A stretch of DNA of 64,000 nt from Calditrichia bacterium (GTDB lineage: Bacteria; Calditrichota; Calditrichia; Calditrichales; J004): contig JALTKX010000061.1 in assembly GCA_027006055.1 (NCBI GenBank), positions 2,607-66,606 of the forward strand, given 5' to 3'. Position numbers and translations under genes: made by a program. Shown here piece by piece: positions 28,442 to 38,167 of the stretch; position 1 is the stretch's first letter; the number at the start of each line of letters is the position of its first letter. The notes below the pieces were generated by a model. That model was not told the origin of the DNA and searched no databases. It saw nothing but the letters and a program-made list of their open reading frames with translations.

Positions 28442-29341
28442 ATGATCTCGGTAATCTTACCTTCCTATAATTCCGAAAAGACAATCGCTCCGGTACTTAG
28501 CGCCCTGCAAAAACAGACTTTTTCCGAACCCTATGAAATTATTCTGGTGGACAGCTCGGAAGACAAAACGCCGGAGATCGTCCGTTCACAATTCCCGGAG
28601 ATAACCTATATCCATTTACCGCAAAAAACCGATCCCGGCACCGCCCGCAATCTGGGCATAAAGCAAAGTACGGGGGATCCTGTTCTTTTTATTGATTCCG
28701 ATTGCGTGGCCCGGCCGGACTGGATAGAGAAATTTGTTACCATGCACCGCCAAAGCGACTACGCGGCCATTGGTGGCTCGGTGGTTAATGGCAACGACCC
28801 GGAAAACAATGTAGCCTGGGCCGGGTACATGGCGGAGTTTCGCGAGTTTATCCCACAACATCCGCAACGGGAAGTGGATCATATCCCTACCTGCAATATT
28901 TCCTATAAACGTAAATATCTGGAAGAGTTGGGCGGTTTTAACCCCAACTATTATCCGCAAGAAGACCTGGATTTTAATTTCCGTTTGCGGCAAAGCGGCG
29001 GCAAAATATTATTCTATCCCGAGGCGCAGGTGGCCCATAACCACCGCACCACCCTTGCCGACTACGTCCGCCATCAGGCGAATGTGGGCGTTATCACCTC
29101 CAGCATGCTGCATATCCTTCCATTGGAAGGACATCATATCGTCCAAAGCAAGCTGAAAACGGTGTTGGCCGCGCCGCTGCTGCCCCTGGTTAAATGGTAT
29201 CGCACGGTAAGGCTGTTTGCCCGGCTTAACCCGCTTATTCTAAAAGAACACCCCACGTCCGCCCTTATACTGGCTTACGGTTTATTCCCCTGGACCCGGG
29301 GATTCGTGAAGGGCGCTTTTCATCCCAAAACAAAGAAATAG
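28442..29341 (+). CDS. Family-2 glycosyltransferase
   Basis: 299 aa. 'ISVILPSYNSEKTI', 'LVDSSEDKT' and 'FIDSDC'. Confidence 0.85.
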   Translation: MISVILPSYNSEKTIAPVLSALQKQTFSEPYEIILVDSSEDKTPEIVRSQFPEITYIHLPQKTDPGTARNLGIKQSTGDPVLFIDSDCVARPDWIEKFVTMHRQSDYAAIGGSVVNGNDPENNVAWAGYMAEFREFIPQHPQREVDHIPTCNISYKRKYLEELGGFNPNYYPQEDLDFNFRLRQSGGKILFYPEAQVAHNHRTTLADYVRHQANVGVITSSMLHILPLEGHHIVQSKLKTVLAAPLLPLVKWYRTVRLFARLNPLILKEHPTSALILAYGLFPWTRGFVKGAFHPKTKK

Positions 29342-29343
29342 AT

Positions 29344-31044
29344 ATGAAACCTCTCGTTCTTATCCCCACGCTGAACGAAGCACATAATCTCGGCAAGGTA
29401 CTGGATGGCCTGCTGGCCTGTGAAACGCCCCTGGATGTGGCCGTGGTAGACGCCCAATCCACGGACGGTACCCGTGAACTGGTGGCCGCCTATTCACAAA
29501 AACACCCCAATATCCGTCTTCTCGATCAGGAAGGGAAAACCGGTTATGGCGGCGCGCTGAAAACGGGGTTCCGTTACGCGTTGGCGCATGATTATGATCT
29601 GGTTATCACCATGGACGGTGATGGCTCCCATGGTCCGCGTTATATTAAGGACTTTCTGGAAAAAGCCAGAGAGTATGATCTGATTATAGGCAGCCGTTAT
29701 ATCGACGGCGTCCGCGTGGAGGGCTGGCGCTTCCGCAAGCTGCTGGTTAGCAAGCTGGCCAGCATGTATGTTTCCTATCTACTGGTAAAGCCGATCTGGG
29801 ATTTTACCTCGGGCTTCCGTTGCTACCACCGTTCCATTTTGGAGGAAATCGATTTAGACAGCCTGCATAACGCGGCCTATATCATTCAGATTCAGTTGCT
29901 GCATTTTGCCTATCAGCATCGCCGCCGGGTTAAGGAGATACCCTTTGTATACCGCGATACCCTGGATAGCGTCTCCAAGGTGGGTGGCGACAATAAGTGG
30001 CGTACTTTCTTTTACGTGCTCAGATACAGCGCTCCGGTTACGGAAATCTTCCGTCATCTGGTCTACCTGAAAAAAGAATATGAGCGCTTTGTGGAAGAGT
30101 ATGACGATTTGATCAATCCCCCCCGCCTCCGGGAACCGGAACCCCGGAAAAACCCGGAAGGATTTAGCGTCAGCGTGGGCGTTATGGCCTATAATGAGGA
30201 AAAGATCATAGAGCGCTGCATCCGGGCCCTTCAGGCCCAGAAGCTGGGGAAAAACACCCTGGAGCAGATTGTGGTGGTCTCCTCGGGTTCCACCGATGAT
30301 ACCGATAAAATCGTTCGCCGCCTGGCGGAGGAGGATAAGCGCATACAACTGATCGTACAGCCCCGGCGCATGGGCAAGGCCAGCGCCATCAATGAATACC
30401 TGGCCATCGCCCGGGGGGATATCGCCATGATTGAAAGCGCCGATACCATTACCGAACCGGATACCATCCGCGAACTGGTTGAGCCCTTCAATGATCCCGA
30501 AGTGGGCATGTGCGGGGTACATCCCGTTCCGGTAAATGAAAGCCGGAGCTTTGTGGGCTACTCGGTGCATAAGCTGTGGCAACTGCATCATGCCATGGCT
30601 ATGGACAACCCGAAGTGCGGGGAGATGGTGGCCTTTCGCAATATTGTGCCGCGGATTCCCAAATATACCGCCGTGGATGAGGCGGCCATAGAGGGTATGC
30701 TGGTGCAGGGCGGCTATAAACTGGCGTATGCCCCCAAGGCCATACTGCAGAATAAGGGGCCCGAGAACCTGCGGGACTTTATCAAGCAGCGTCGGCGCAT
30801 CGCCTCGGGACACCGGCATCTGGCCGCTTCCATGGGACATGCCGTGTTTACCCAAAAGCCCACCAATATCCTTAAATATGTGATTGAGGATCAAAAGTGG
30901 ACGCCGAAAGCCCTCCTTTTTACCGGATTGTTAATTGCCCTGGAGGGCTATGCCCGTTTTATGGGGATGATCGATTTCTATCTGCGCGATAAAAATCCTT
31001 TCATCTGGGATATTTCTCAATCCACCAAACATATGAATACATGA
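29344..31044 (+). CDS. Tandem GT2 fusion: N-terminal polyprenol-phosphate mannose/glucose synthase-like (Dpm1/Ppm1-like) domain plus a second GT2 domain
   Basis: 566 aa. Domain 1 has 'VLIPTLNEAHNL', 'VVDAQSTDGT' and 'ITMDGDGSH'. Domain 2 has 'VGVMAYNEEKII', 'VSSGSTDDT' and 'IESADT'. Confidence 0.8.
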   Translation: MKPLVLIPTLNEAHNLGKVLDGLLACETPLDVAVVDAQSTDGTRELVAAYSQKHPNIRLLDQEGKTGYGGALKTGFRYALAHDYDLVITMDGDGSHGPRYIKDFLEKAREYDLIIGSRYIDGVRVEGWRFRKLLVSKLASMYVSYLLVKPIWDFTSGFRCYHRSILEEIDLDSLHNAAYIIQIQLLHFAYQHRRRVKEIPFVYRDTLDSVSKVGGDNKWRTFFYVLRYSAPVTEIFRHLVYLKKEYERFVEEYDDLINPPRLREPEPRKNPEGFSVSVGVMAYNEEKIIERCIRALQAQKLGKNTLEQIVVVSSGSTDDTDKIVRRLAEEDKRIQLIVQPRRMGKASAINEYLAIARGDIAMIESADTITEPDTIRELVEPFNDPEVGMCGVHPVPVNESRSFVGYSVHKLWQLHHAMAMDNPKCGEMVAFRNIVPRIPKYTAVDEAAIEGMLVQGGYKLAYAPKAILQNKGPENLRDFIKQRRRIASGHRHLAASMGHAVFTQKPTNILKYVIEDQKWTPKALLFTGLLIALEGYARFMGMIDFYLRDKNPFIWDISQSTKHMNT

Positions 31045-32648
31045 ACGGAAAATCGCTCCGACCTTTAGGGATATTGCTGGGCCTGGCCGTTCTGCTTCGT
31101 CTCTATTTTATAGTCGCTTTTGATTATATCTCCCCCGATGGGGCACAGTATGTCCGTTTGGGCTACAGCATCTGGCACGGCCTTGGTTACAGCAGCGGCG
31201 GGGCCATGTTCCCCGATATCATACAGCCGCCCCTGTATCCTTTTGTGGCAGGCTTTTTTACGCTGTTTATGCCTCCTCTTTTGGCCGGAAAGACCGCTTC
31301 GCTGATAGCGGGCGTTCTTTTGGTGTATGTGGTGTACCGCTTTTTATCCCTGCTTGCCGGAAAAGAAACAGCCCTGATCGGCGGCGGCCTTACCCTTATC
31401 CATCCTGGATTGATCGCCATATCGGCCCAGGCGGCCACGGAAGCCTGGTATATACTTTTTGTGGCTCTGCTGTTTTTTGAGGGATGGCGGTTTTGGGAGT
31501 CACCCGGCCGCGGCCGCGGGCTGCGCCTGGCACTGTGGTTTTCGCTGGGCTTTCTAACCCGTCCCGAGATGCTGGTGGTAATGTTCTTTTATGTGGCCTT
31601 TCTTTTTTCAACGGCTCTGTACGGGAAGATACGCCCGCGCCCGGGGCACGGGTTGGCGCTGTTGCTTCCCTCGGCGGCGACGGTGTTGCTATACGCCGCG
31701 GCCGTTTCCCTGAATCTGGGCTATTTTACCCTGTCGCCGAAAATCAATTTCGTCCGTATACAATCCAAGCTGGCGGCCATAGCCCGGGCCGGGGATGCCG
31801 ACTTTAAGACACTGCCGCCCCGAACCGCCGCCTATCGCGCATTTTACCCCCTTACCCCCGATGGGGGTGAGTTGTTGTCTCATGCCCTGCTGTATAAAAA
31901 GGAACCGGCCATGCGCTGGCTGCGCGAGCATCGAACCACCGGCGCGGGGTTTTCTCCGGCGCGGCTGTTGGGCGGGGTGCTGAAGAACGCCAAAAAGATG
32001 CTGAGTAAAATCGCCGGAGGGAAAGGGCTGCCCTGGTTCCTTGCGTTGACGGCCTTTTTGGGGCTCTTTTATCTGTTTAAAGAAAACAGGGTTTACGGAT
32101 GGTATCTTGTGCTAATGCTCATGCCCTTATCCATCTATTTGTTTGTGCATATCGAAGACCGTTTTTTACTGGGAAGCTGGCCCATGCTGGTGCTACCCGC
32201 GGCCCGGATTTTTGAACGTCTTTATGAAAAGTTTCGCGTCTACTTTTCACCTCTGCTCGCGGGCGCTGTTCCCTTGTTGCTGCTGTTTGTGCTGCTTTTG
32301 GGCGCCTATGGGAAGATGGTTGATGATTTTAAGGCCACCGGCCGCTGGAAGCTTCTTTCGCAAAAGGTGAGGGATGTGGTTGAGCCCGGCGCGCGCCTGA
32401 TGGCCAAACAACCCCAAACCGCTTTTTTCCTGGATGCGGAATACCGCCTTTTACCCTTTGGTTCCGTAGAGAAACTTTTGCTATATTTCCAAAAACAAAA
32501 AGTTGATTATCTGTTGGTGGACGAAGCCGATTTAACGCTTAATCCCGCGTTGGAAGCGTTCGTCGATTCACGCGGGGCAGCGCCGCTGACTCCGCTAAGG
32601 GAAGGTTCCGTGGAGGGCCGCTCCTATTGGTTATTTCACATTAAATGA
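31041..32648 (+). CDS. GT-C fold membrane glycosyltransferase (PMT/ArnT-like, family 39/83 type)
   Basis: 535 aa. About 11 TM helices, then a soluble C-terminal domain. The first-loop 'ISPDGAQYVRLG' acidic motif is typical of lipid-phospho-sugar-dependent GT-C enzymes. ATGA overlap with the upstream gene. Confidence 0.7.
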   Translation: MNGKSLRPLGILLGLAVLLRLYFIVAFDYISPDGAQYVRLGYSIWHGLGYSSGGAMFPDIIQPPLYPFVAGFFTLFMPPLLAGKTASLIAGVLLVYVVYRFLSLLAGKETALIGGGLTLIHPGLIAISAQAATEAWYILFVALLFFEGWRFWESPGRGRGLRLALWFSLGFLTRPEMLVVMFFYVAFLFSTALYGKIRPRPGHGLALLLPSAATVLLYAAAVSLNLGYFTLSPKINFVRIQSKLAAIARAGDADFKTLPPRTAAYRAFYPLTPDGGELLSHALLYKKEPAMRWLREHRTTGAGFSPARLLGGVLKNAKKMLSKIAGGKGLPWFLALTAFLGLFYLFKENRVYGWYLVLMLMPLSIYLFVHIEDRFLLGSWPMLVLPAARIFERLYEKFRVYFSPLLAGAVPLLLLFVLLLGAYGKMVDDFKATGRWKLLSQKVRDVVEPGARLMAKQPQTAFFLDAEYRLLPFGSVEKLLLYFQKQKVDYLLVDEADLTLNPALEAFVDSRGAAPLTPLREGSVEGRSYWLFHIK

Positions 32649-32661
32649 AAAGAAGGTGATT

Positions 32662-33534
32662 ATGGAAAAGAAAATTAACTCCTTTTTGCAGGATATTAAA
32701 AATGTTGTGGACGCGGAAGTGGAAAAGGCTTTGCGTCATGACGTGACCCTGACCGACGGCCTGTACAAATCCGCGGAATATTCGGCCGGCGGCGGCAAGC
32801 GTGTACGGGCGGTGTTTACCATACTGGTGGGCAATCTGTTTGGCGTCGCTCCGGAAAAGCTGTATAAAACCGCCTCGGCCGTGGAGATGATCCATGCCGC
32901 TTCGCTGATTATGGATGACCTGCCCTATATGGATGACTCCCAGTTGCGTCGGGGCAAGCCGGCCAACCATGTGGTGTTTGGCCAGGATGTGGCCCTGTGC
33001 GCCAGTATCGCCCTGCTTTCCCAGGCGTTGATCATGGTGCAGGAAGATGACGCGCTGACCATTGAGCAACGCCATGGCGCCGCCGGCGTGCTTACCCGGG
33101 CCTTTGGTTTTGAGGGTCTGGCCGCGGGTCAGTTTGTCGATCTGAAATTGAAAACAAAAAATGTGGACTACTCCATAATCGAGTTTATCAATGCCAAAAA
33201 AACGGCGGCCCTGTTTACGGCGGCGGGCAAGGCGGCGGCCATGGTGGGCGGCGCCAATGAAGAGCAGATGAAGGCCATCGTCGCCTATTCCGAGAATATC
33301 GGTTTTGCCTTTCAAATTATCGATGATTTGCTGGATGCTTCCGGTAATAAAAATGTGGTGGGTAAGGATCTGGCCCATGACAAAATGAACTTTGTTATGC
33401 TGGTGGGTGAGGAACAGGCCTACAAGGATGCCGAAAAACATACCCGGATGGCCCTGGAAGCCCTGAATATTTTTGGCGATAAAAGCGCTGAGTTGAAAGC
33501 CTTAAGTGATTTTCTGTTAAAAAGGGTTCGTTGA
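32662..33534 (+). CDS. trans-Polyprenyl diphosphate synthase (GGPP-synthase type)
   Basis: First Asp-rich motif 'LIMDDLPYMDD' and second 'FQIIDDLLD'. Small residues precede the first motif. I preferred the ATG at 32662 over the GTG at 32656. Confidence 0.9.
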   Translation: MEKKINSFLQDIKNVVDAEVEKALRHDVTLTDGLYKSAEYSAGGGKRVRAVFTILVGNLFGVAPEKLYKTASAVEMIHAASLIMDDLPYMDDSQLRRGKPANHVVFGQDVALCASIALLSQALIMVQEDDALTIEQRHGAAGVLTRAFGFEGLAAGQFVDLKLKTKNVDYSIIEFINAKKTAALFTAAGKAAAMVGGANEEQMKAIVAYSENIGFAFQIIDDLLDASGNKNVVGKDLAHDKMNFVMLVGEEQAYKDAEKHTRMALEALNIFGDKSAELKALSDFLLKRVR

Positions 33535-33571
33535 TATTTCGTCTTTATTTTTCTGGCTGCTGACGGGAGTT

Positions 33572-34909
33572 TTGGTCGCGCCTCTTTGTGCGCAGCGCGT
33601 CCTTCCCCTGAAAGTGGATGATTTTAATTATGAGCGTTCCTGGTGGGTGTACCACCGTGACGGGACGGTGGCCGCCGATAAGGGCGCCATTGAAAACGGG
33701 CGGGGCTTCCTTAAAATCCGTCTAAAAAACCCGGTGAATAGCGAAGAATGCAATGTCGGCATTTCCGACGCCCAGCCGCTTTACTCCAAGCATCAGCGCT
33801 ATCTGGAAATGGAGGCGCGCATAAAGCTGTTAAGCCCCATGAAGGCGGGCAGCAGGGGCTGGGGATTTTGGAAGACGGCCCGTAACGGCAAGGCGGACTA
33901 TCTGGCCTGGTTTATGCAGCAGTTCCTTCCCGGACATAAAGACTTCAGTTGGAGCCGCGTGGGTACCATCTCCAAGCGGCAGGCCTCCTTTCAGCCCGTC
34001 TCCCTGCAGGAAAACCGCTGGCATACCTACCGGGTTGTCCGCGATCTGGATAGGAAAGAGACCCGCTATTTTGTGGATGACGAGCCGGTAACAACGCCCG
34101 CCCGTCTGGCGCCTTCCGGGAAAATGGCTTTTCATCTGTGGATCGACAATCAGGTATACAGCCGCAGCAGGGGCATACAACGGCAGGGCTGGCAGGGTGA
34201 AAGCGCCATGGTTGTGGATTATGTGACCATCCGTACCCGTCGTTTTATGCCGGATGACGGCAGCTATTTCCCGCATTATCGCCATATAACCTCTCCCCGG
34301 AGCCTGGCCTTTCCCGTGAGGAAAGGAAAAAACGCCCTGCTGCTCTCGGCCGTGCTGGAAGACCCTACCCCCCATGACGTTGCCGACCGTCTTGTCCTTG
34401 AAGCGTCACAGGTATCCCCGGTGTCTTTCGGCCCGTTAAAGGAGGTCAAAAGCGCTCAAACGGCGCCTCTTTCCCTGTTCGCGGAAAAAGATACAACCAT
34501 AACATTAAAAATTGTGCCCCGGGGCGCTCCCTTTTTGGAAAGCATCACTCTGATACCTTACGATACACTCCTTTACTCGGAACGGAATGTCGCCGCGCTT
34601 GAAAAGGAGAAAACTATAGATTTCCATAGCATGGGCGGCGAGGTAACCATTGTGCTTGTCGGCGTAACACGGGAAGCCCCGGGCTGGCATCCCTTTAATA
34701 AAAAGATGGGCACGGCGCGGGCGCAAAGGCTGGATATCAGCCTGGACAAGGGGCAGTACAGGGAAAGCGTGGACGGCATGGAGCAGTTCGGTCTGAGTAA
34801 GACCGTGGTGATGCGGGAACATCTGAAACCCGGCCGCCACACCCTAAGGCTTGTACCCGCAAATAAGCCGGATATCTCTTTTATTTGGATCAGCGAAAAA
34901 CAACCATGA
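33572..34909 (+). CDS. Hypothetical exported protein with a ConA/LamG-like N-terminal domain (paralog of the 35945-38155 N-terminus); start uncertain
   Basis: 445 aa from the TTG at 33572. The frame is open from 33521 and encodes a signal-peptide-like 'SSLFFWLLTGVLVAPLCAQ' upstream of that TTG. It shares 'DDFN.E..WW' and 'SRGWGFWK' with the downstream paralog. Confidence 0.5.
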   Translation: MVAPLCAQRVLPLKVDDFNYERSWWVYHRDGTVAADKGAIENGRGFLKIRLKNPVNSEECNVGISDAQPLYSKHQRYLEMEARIKLLSPMKAGSRGWGFWKTARNGKADYLAWFMQQFLPGHKDFSWSRVGTISKRQASFQPVSLQENRWHTYRVVRDLDRKETRYFVDDEPVTTPARLAPSGKMAFHLWIDNQVYSRSRGIQRQGWQGESAMVVDYVTIRTRRFMPDDGSYFPHYRHITSPRSLAFPVRKGKNALLLSAVLEDPTPHDVADRLVLEASQVSPVSFGPLKEVKSAQTAPLSLFAEKDTTITLKIVPRGAPFLESITLIPYDTLLYSERNVAALEKEKTIDFHSMGGEVTIVLVGVTREAPGWHPFNKKMGTARAQRLDISLDKGQYRESVDGMEQFGLSKTVVMREHLKPGRHTLRLVPANKPDISFIWISEKQP

Positions 34910-35952
34910 CAGGCTTTATCAAAAAATATTTCGGTTGGCGCGACTGGGCGGTGTTGGTTTACAATTCCATTTTTGAGAATGTCTTTATTCTCTTTTATGT
35001 CCTGCTCCGGGAACAGACCATGGGAACGGAGCAGCTTATTCAGACCCTGGTTTTTCTCCTGTTCAGCATGTTCTCCACAACTTACGGCTATCTGATTAAC
35101 GATTACGCCGATATGGAACTGGACAGGGCCCATGGCAAGGCGAACACCTTTTCCGCGGATGGCAAGGGCAAGGCCCTGGCGGTGACTCTGTTGTTTCTGT
35201 TTTTAAGCGTCATCAGCGGCTGGTATTTCAGCGATCATCAGGATTTTTTGCTTATCTGGTTTATCTGGATATTCATCGGCAGTTTCTATTCCCTGCCGCC
35301 GCTGCGTTTTAAGGAACGGGGCAAGCCCGGCCTGCTTTTGGTGGTGCTGGCCCAAAGATTGTTGCCCATTCTTCTTGTATTTACCGCCTTTGGCTTTGAA
35401 CGCACGGCTGAGATCGTTCTTCTGGCGGCCTATGTATTTTTTCGCGGGCTCTCTTCCGACGTCAACCATCAGGTGGAGGATTATGAAAATGATGTGAAAA
35501 CGGAAACGGGAACCTTTGCCGTAAGCACGGGGCTGGGTCTGGCGCAAAAAGTATTGCGCTTTTCACTGGAGATGGAAAAAATATTGCTGGCCGTAATTTT
35601 GGCCATGTTTTTATATGTTTTCGCCTGGTTCGATGTATTACCCCTGATGTTGCTGGTGGCGGCCGTACTGCTCTATTACGGCATCTGGTTCTATTCTATT
35701 TTTTTGTCGTTTAAAAGTCCTGGGTTGGATGTCAACCCCTTTAAAGGGCGGGGGGATGTGTTCCAATTGTTACACCATTCTTATCCCAGCGTTATCTTAA
35801 GCCTTGTATTCAGCCTGATTGTATCTTATTTTAATCTGGCGTTTCTGATAATATTTTTACTAATGGCGCTCATCCGCCGTCTGTTTTCGGTGGAACTGAT
35901 AAAAAGCACATTTATATATAGAACACTAAGTAAGGTGGTGCATCGTGAGTAG
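34906..35952 (+). CDS. UbiA-superfamily aromatic/lipid prenyltransferase
   Basis: The ATG at 34906 overlaps the upstream stop (ATGA). Motifs 'YLINDYADMELD' (NDxxDxxxD) and a second acidic motif 'VEDYENDVKTE'. About 8-9 TM helices. Confidence 0.85.
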   Translation: MTGFIKKYFGWRDWAVLVYNSIFENVFILFYVLLREQTMGTEQLIQTLVFLLFSMFSTTYGYLINDYADMELDRAHGKANTFSADGKGKALAVTLLFLFLSVISGWYFSDHQDFLLIWFIWIFIGSFYSLPPLRFKERGKPGLLLVVLAQRLLPILLVFTAFGFERTAEIVLLAAYVFFRGLSSDVNHQVEDYENDVKTETGTFAVSTGLGLAQKVLRFSLEMEKILLAVILAMFLYVFAWFDVLPLMLLVAAVLLYYGIWFYSIFLSFKSPGLDVNPFKGRGDVFQLLHHSYPSVILSLVFSLIVSYFNLAFLIIFLLMALIRRLFSVELIKSTFIYRTLSKVVHRE

Positions 35953-38155
35953 GTACAGGGAAGTATTTTTAACAGCCGTTTTCCTCATGGCTTCCAATCT
36001 CTTTGCCCAAACATATATTATTCCCGATCTGCAAAGGGATGATTTCAATATGGAAAAAACCTGGTGGATTTTTCAAAATCACGGCGGGCAACCCCTGCCT
36101 GTAACGAAGAATGGCTATCTGTATGCCTACCTGGAAAATGCCCGTAACGGGCAACCTGTGGTGCCGTTGGATAACACCCTTGCTGAAATGGAAAATGTCG
36201 GTATAATGACCGCGGATCAACGGCCGATTTACGGTAAGGATGATATTGTGGATGTGCGTATCCGGGTAAAAACATTGAATCCACTTACACCAGGTAGCAG
36301 GGGATGGGGATTTTGGAAGTCGGAGGGCGTCCCGGTTACTATAAACCAGGCGGTATGGTTTATGGAACAGCAACCCGATGCCAGCCACAGTTGGGCGGCC
36401 AGCGAGGATTGGTGGCGGGCCCGAACCCACCGAACGGTGGACCCCTCTTATGATTTCTCTACCGATCTGGATGGCAGTAACGGTTCTCCCCATAACATAG
36501 ATAATATGCAATGGCATTACTATCGTATTGTACGCAACGGTAGAAATAATTACGATCACTATGTTGACGGTGTTTTAATCCAAAGTATCACCCCCGCTGA
36601 TTTCCCCGACGGAAAAATCCTTAATGAGGATTATTCTTTTAACTGTTGGAATGATAACCTGGTTTATCACAGTACAACCAACGCGCTTTCCGGAAACGAC
36701 ACCATTGAGGTATATGCCAACGGTTGGATTGATACCACCGAATTTGTTGTGGATTTTATTGAAATCCGCAGCGGGAACTATAATCCCTCCAAATCCTATA
36801 CTCCCATCGGCGCCATCGCCCTGCGCGAGGTGGTTAACGAAATAGATAACGGCATCAGCGACGGTAATTTTAAAGGACCCTATTCTTTTAACGCGGTGGC
36901 CGGTAAAACGGTTATTCTGGCCACGGGTAAGGCCGAAGAGCTGGACAGTTACGACGTCGCCGATGAGATGAAGATGATTTTGAACAGTACGGACTTTGGC
37001 TATAACACCTCCCGCAGCTGGGACGGGCTGGTGGATGCCGGCACTCCCAAAACCATCGTGATCGACACCAATCTGACCACCGGCAGTCATACCCTGGAGT
37101 TTCAGTCCATATCCACGCCCATTTTATATGACGCCACCGTGCTCAGCAGCGCCAACGGCAGCATTGTGCTTAATCAGGATGTGAACAGCAGCGCCCCTTC
37201 CGGTAGCAACAACACCCTGTGGCAGTCTTTTAACTTTACCGCCGAGGCCGGGGACGTGATCATCTACATCAGCGGCAGTGCCGACGAGGAGCCGGGCTGG
37301 AATCATCAGAACGCCACTATTGACAGTACCGATGACGATGAACTGCGCCTGGAGCTGGACGGCTACGACTTCGGTTGGGGCTCGGACAGCGCCTCGTTCG
37401 TCGGTAATACATTATTTGGTGATTTTAAAACCATCTGTATCCGCCGTTCGGTTTCTTCCGGAAGCCATACCTTAAACCTGTATGCCAATGAAACACCCTA
37501 CGTAAATAAGGTGTTGATCTATGCCGCCAATGGCGATGTGGCCCTTCCTGTTCAGCTAACATCCTTTTCCGCGGAAAAAGGCGAGAAGGGTACCGTTGTA
37601 CGCTGGCAGGTTGCCTCGGAGATACAAAATGCCGGGTTTAATTTATACCGGGCCGTTGGCGCGCCCGGGGCCGAACCCGGGGAAGGGGATTATATTAAAA
37701 TCAATGATAAGCGCATTCCGGGCAGGGGCACCGCCTCAACCTCCCGGGAATACTCTTTTAAGGATGAATACAGGCCCGCGCCGGGAGAAGTTGTCTGGTA
37801 CAAATTGGAAGATGTCAGCTATGACGGCCGGGTTACCGTGCATGGTCCCATAAGTATTAAAAACACCCTTCTGCCCCAAAGGTTTGAACTGGAACAAAAT
37901 TATCCCAATCCGTTTAACCCTTCCACGTCGATACCTTTTTCGTTGAACAGGGAAGAGACGATTGTTGCTGAAATTTATGATGTGCGCGGCCGCCGCGTGC
38001 GGGTGCTGAGCCGGGAGCGTTATCCCGCGGGTTCGCATATTCTGATATGGAATGGCCTGGATGACCGGGGCGGCTATGTGCCCAGCGGTATCTATTATCT
38101 TAAGATGCAGGCCGGTGATCAAACCCGGGCCATGAAGCTGACCTTTTTGCGTTAA
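35945..38155 (+). CDS. Secreted ConA/LamG-like domain protein with a T9SS C-terminal sorting domain
   Basis: 736 aa. GTG start and signal peptide 'FLTAVFLMASNLFAQ'. C-terminus 'NYPNPFNPSTSIPFSL...IYDVRGRRV...SGIYYLKMQAGDQTRAMKLTFLR' is typical of Por_Secre_tail/FlgD-Ig-like CTDs. Confidence 0.75.
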   Translation: MSRYREVFLTAVFLMASNLFAQTYIIPDLQRDDFNMEKTWWIFQNHGGQPLPVTKNGYLYAYLENARNGQPVVPLDNTLAEMENVGIMTADQRPIYGKDDIVDVRIRVKTLNPLTPGSRGWGFWKSEGVPVTINQAVWFMEQQPDASHSWAASEDWWRARTHRTVDPSYDFSTDLDGSNGSPHNIDNMQWHYYRIVRNGRNNYDHYVDGVLIQSITPADFPDGKILNEDYSFNCWNDNLVYHSTTNALSGNDTIEVYANGWIDTTEFVVDFIEIRSGNYNPSKSYTPIGAIALREVVNEIDNGISDGNFKGPYSFNAVAGKTVILATGKAEELDSYDVADEMKMILNSTDFGYNTSRSWDGLVDAGTPKTIVIDTNLTTGSHTLEFQSISTPILYDATVLSSANGSIVLNQDVNSSAPSGSNNTLWQSFNFTAEAGDVIIYISGSADEEPGWNHQNATIDSTDDDELRLELDGYDFGWGSDSASFVGNTLFGDFKTICIRRSVSSGSHTLNLYANETPYVNKVLIYAANGDVALPVQLTSFSAEKGEKGTVVRWQVASEIQNAGFNLYRAVGAPGAEPGEGDYIKINDKRIPGRGTASTSREYSFKDEYRPAPGEVVWYKLEDVSYDGRVTVHGPISIKNTLLPQRFELEQNYPNPFNPSTSIPFSLNREETIVAEIYDVRGRRVRVLSRERYPAGSHILIWNGLDDRGGYVPSGIYYLKMQAGDQTRAMKLTFLR

Positions 38156-38167
38156 CCGGAATATTTT

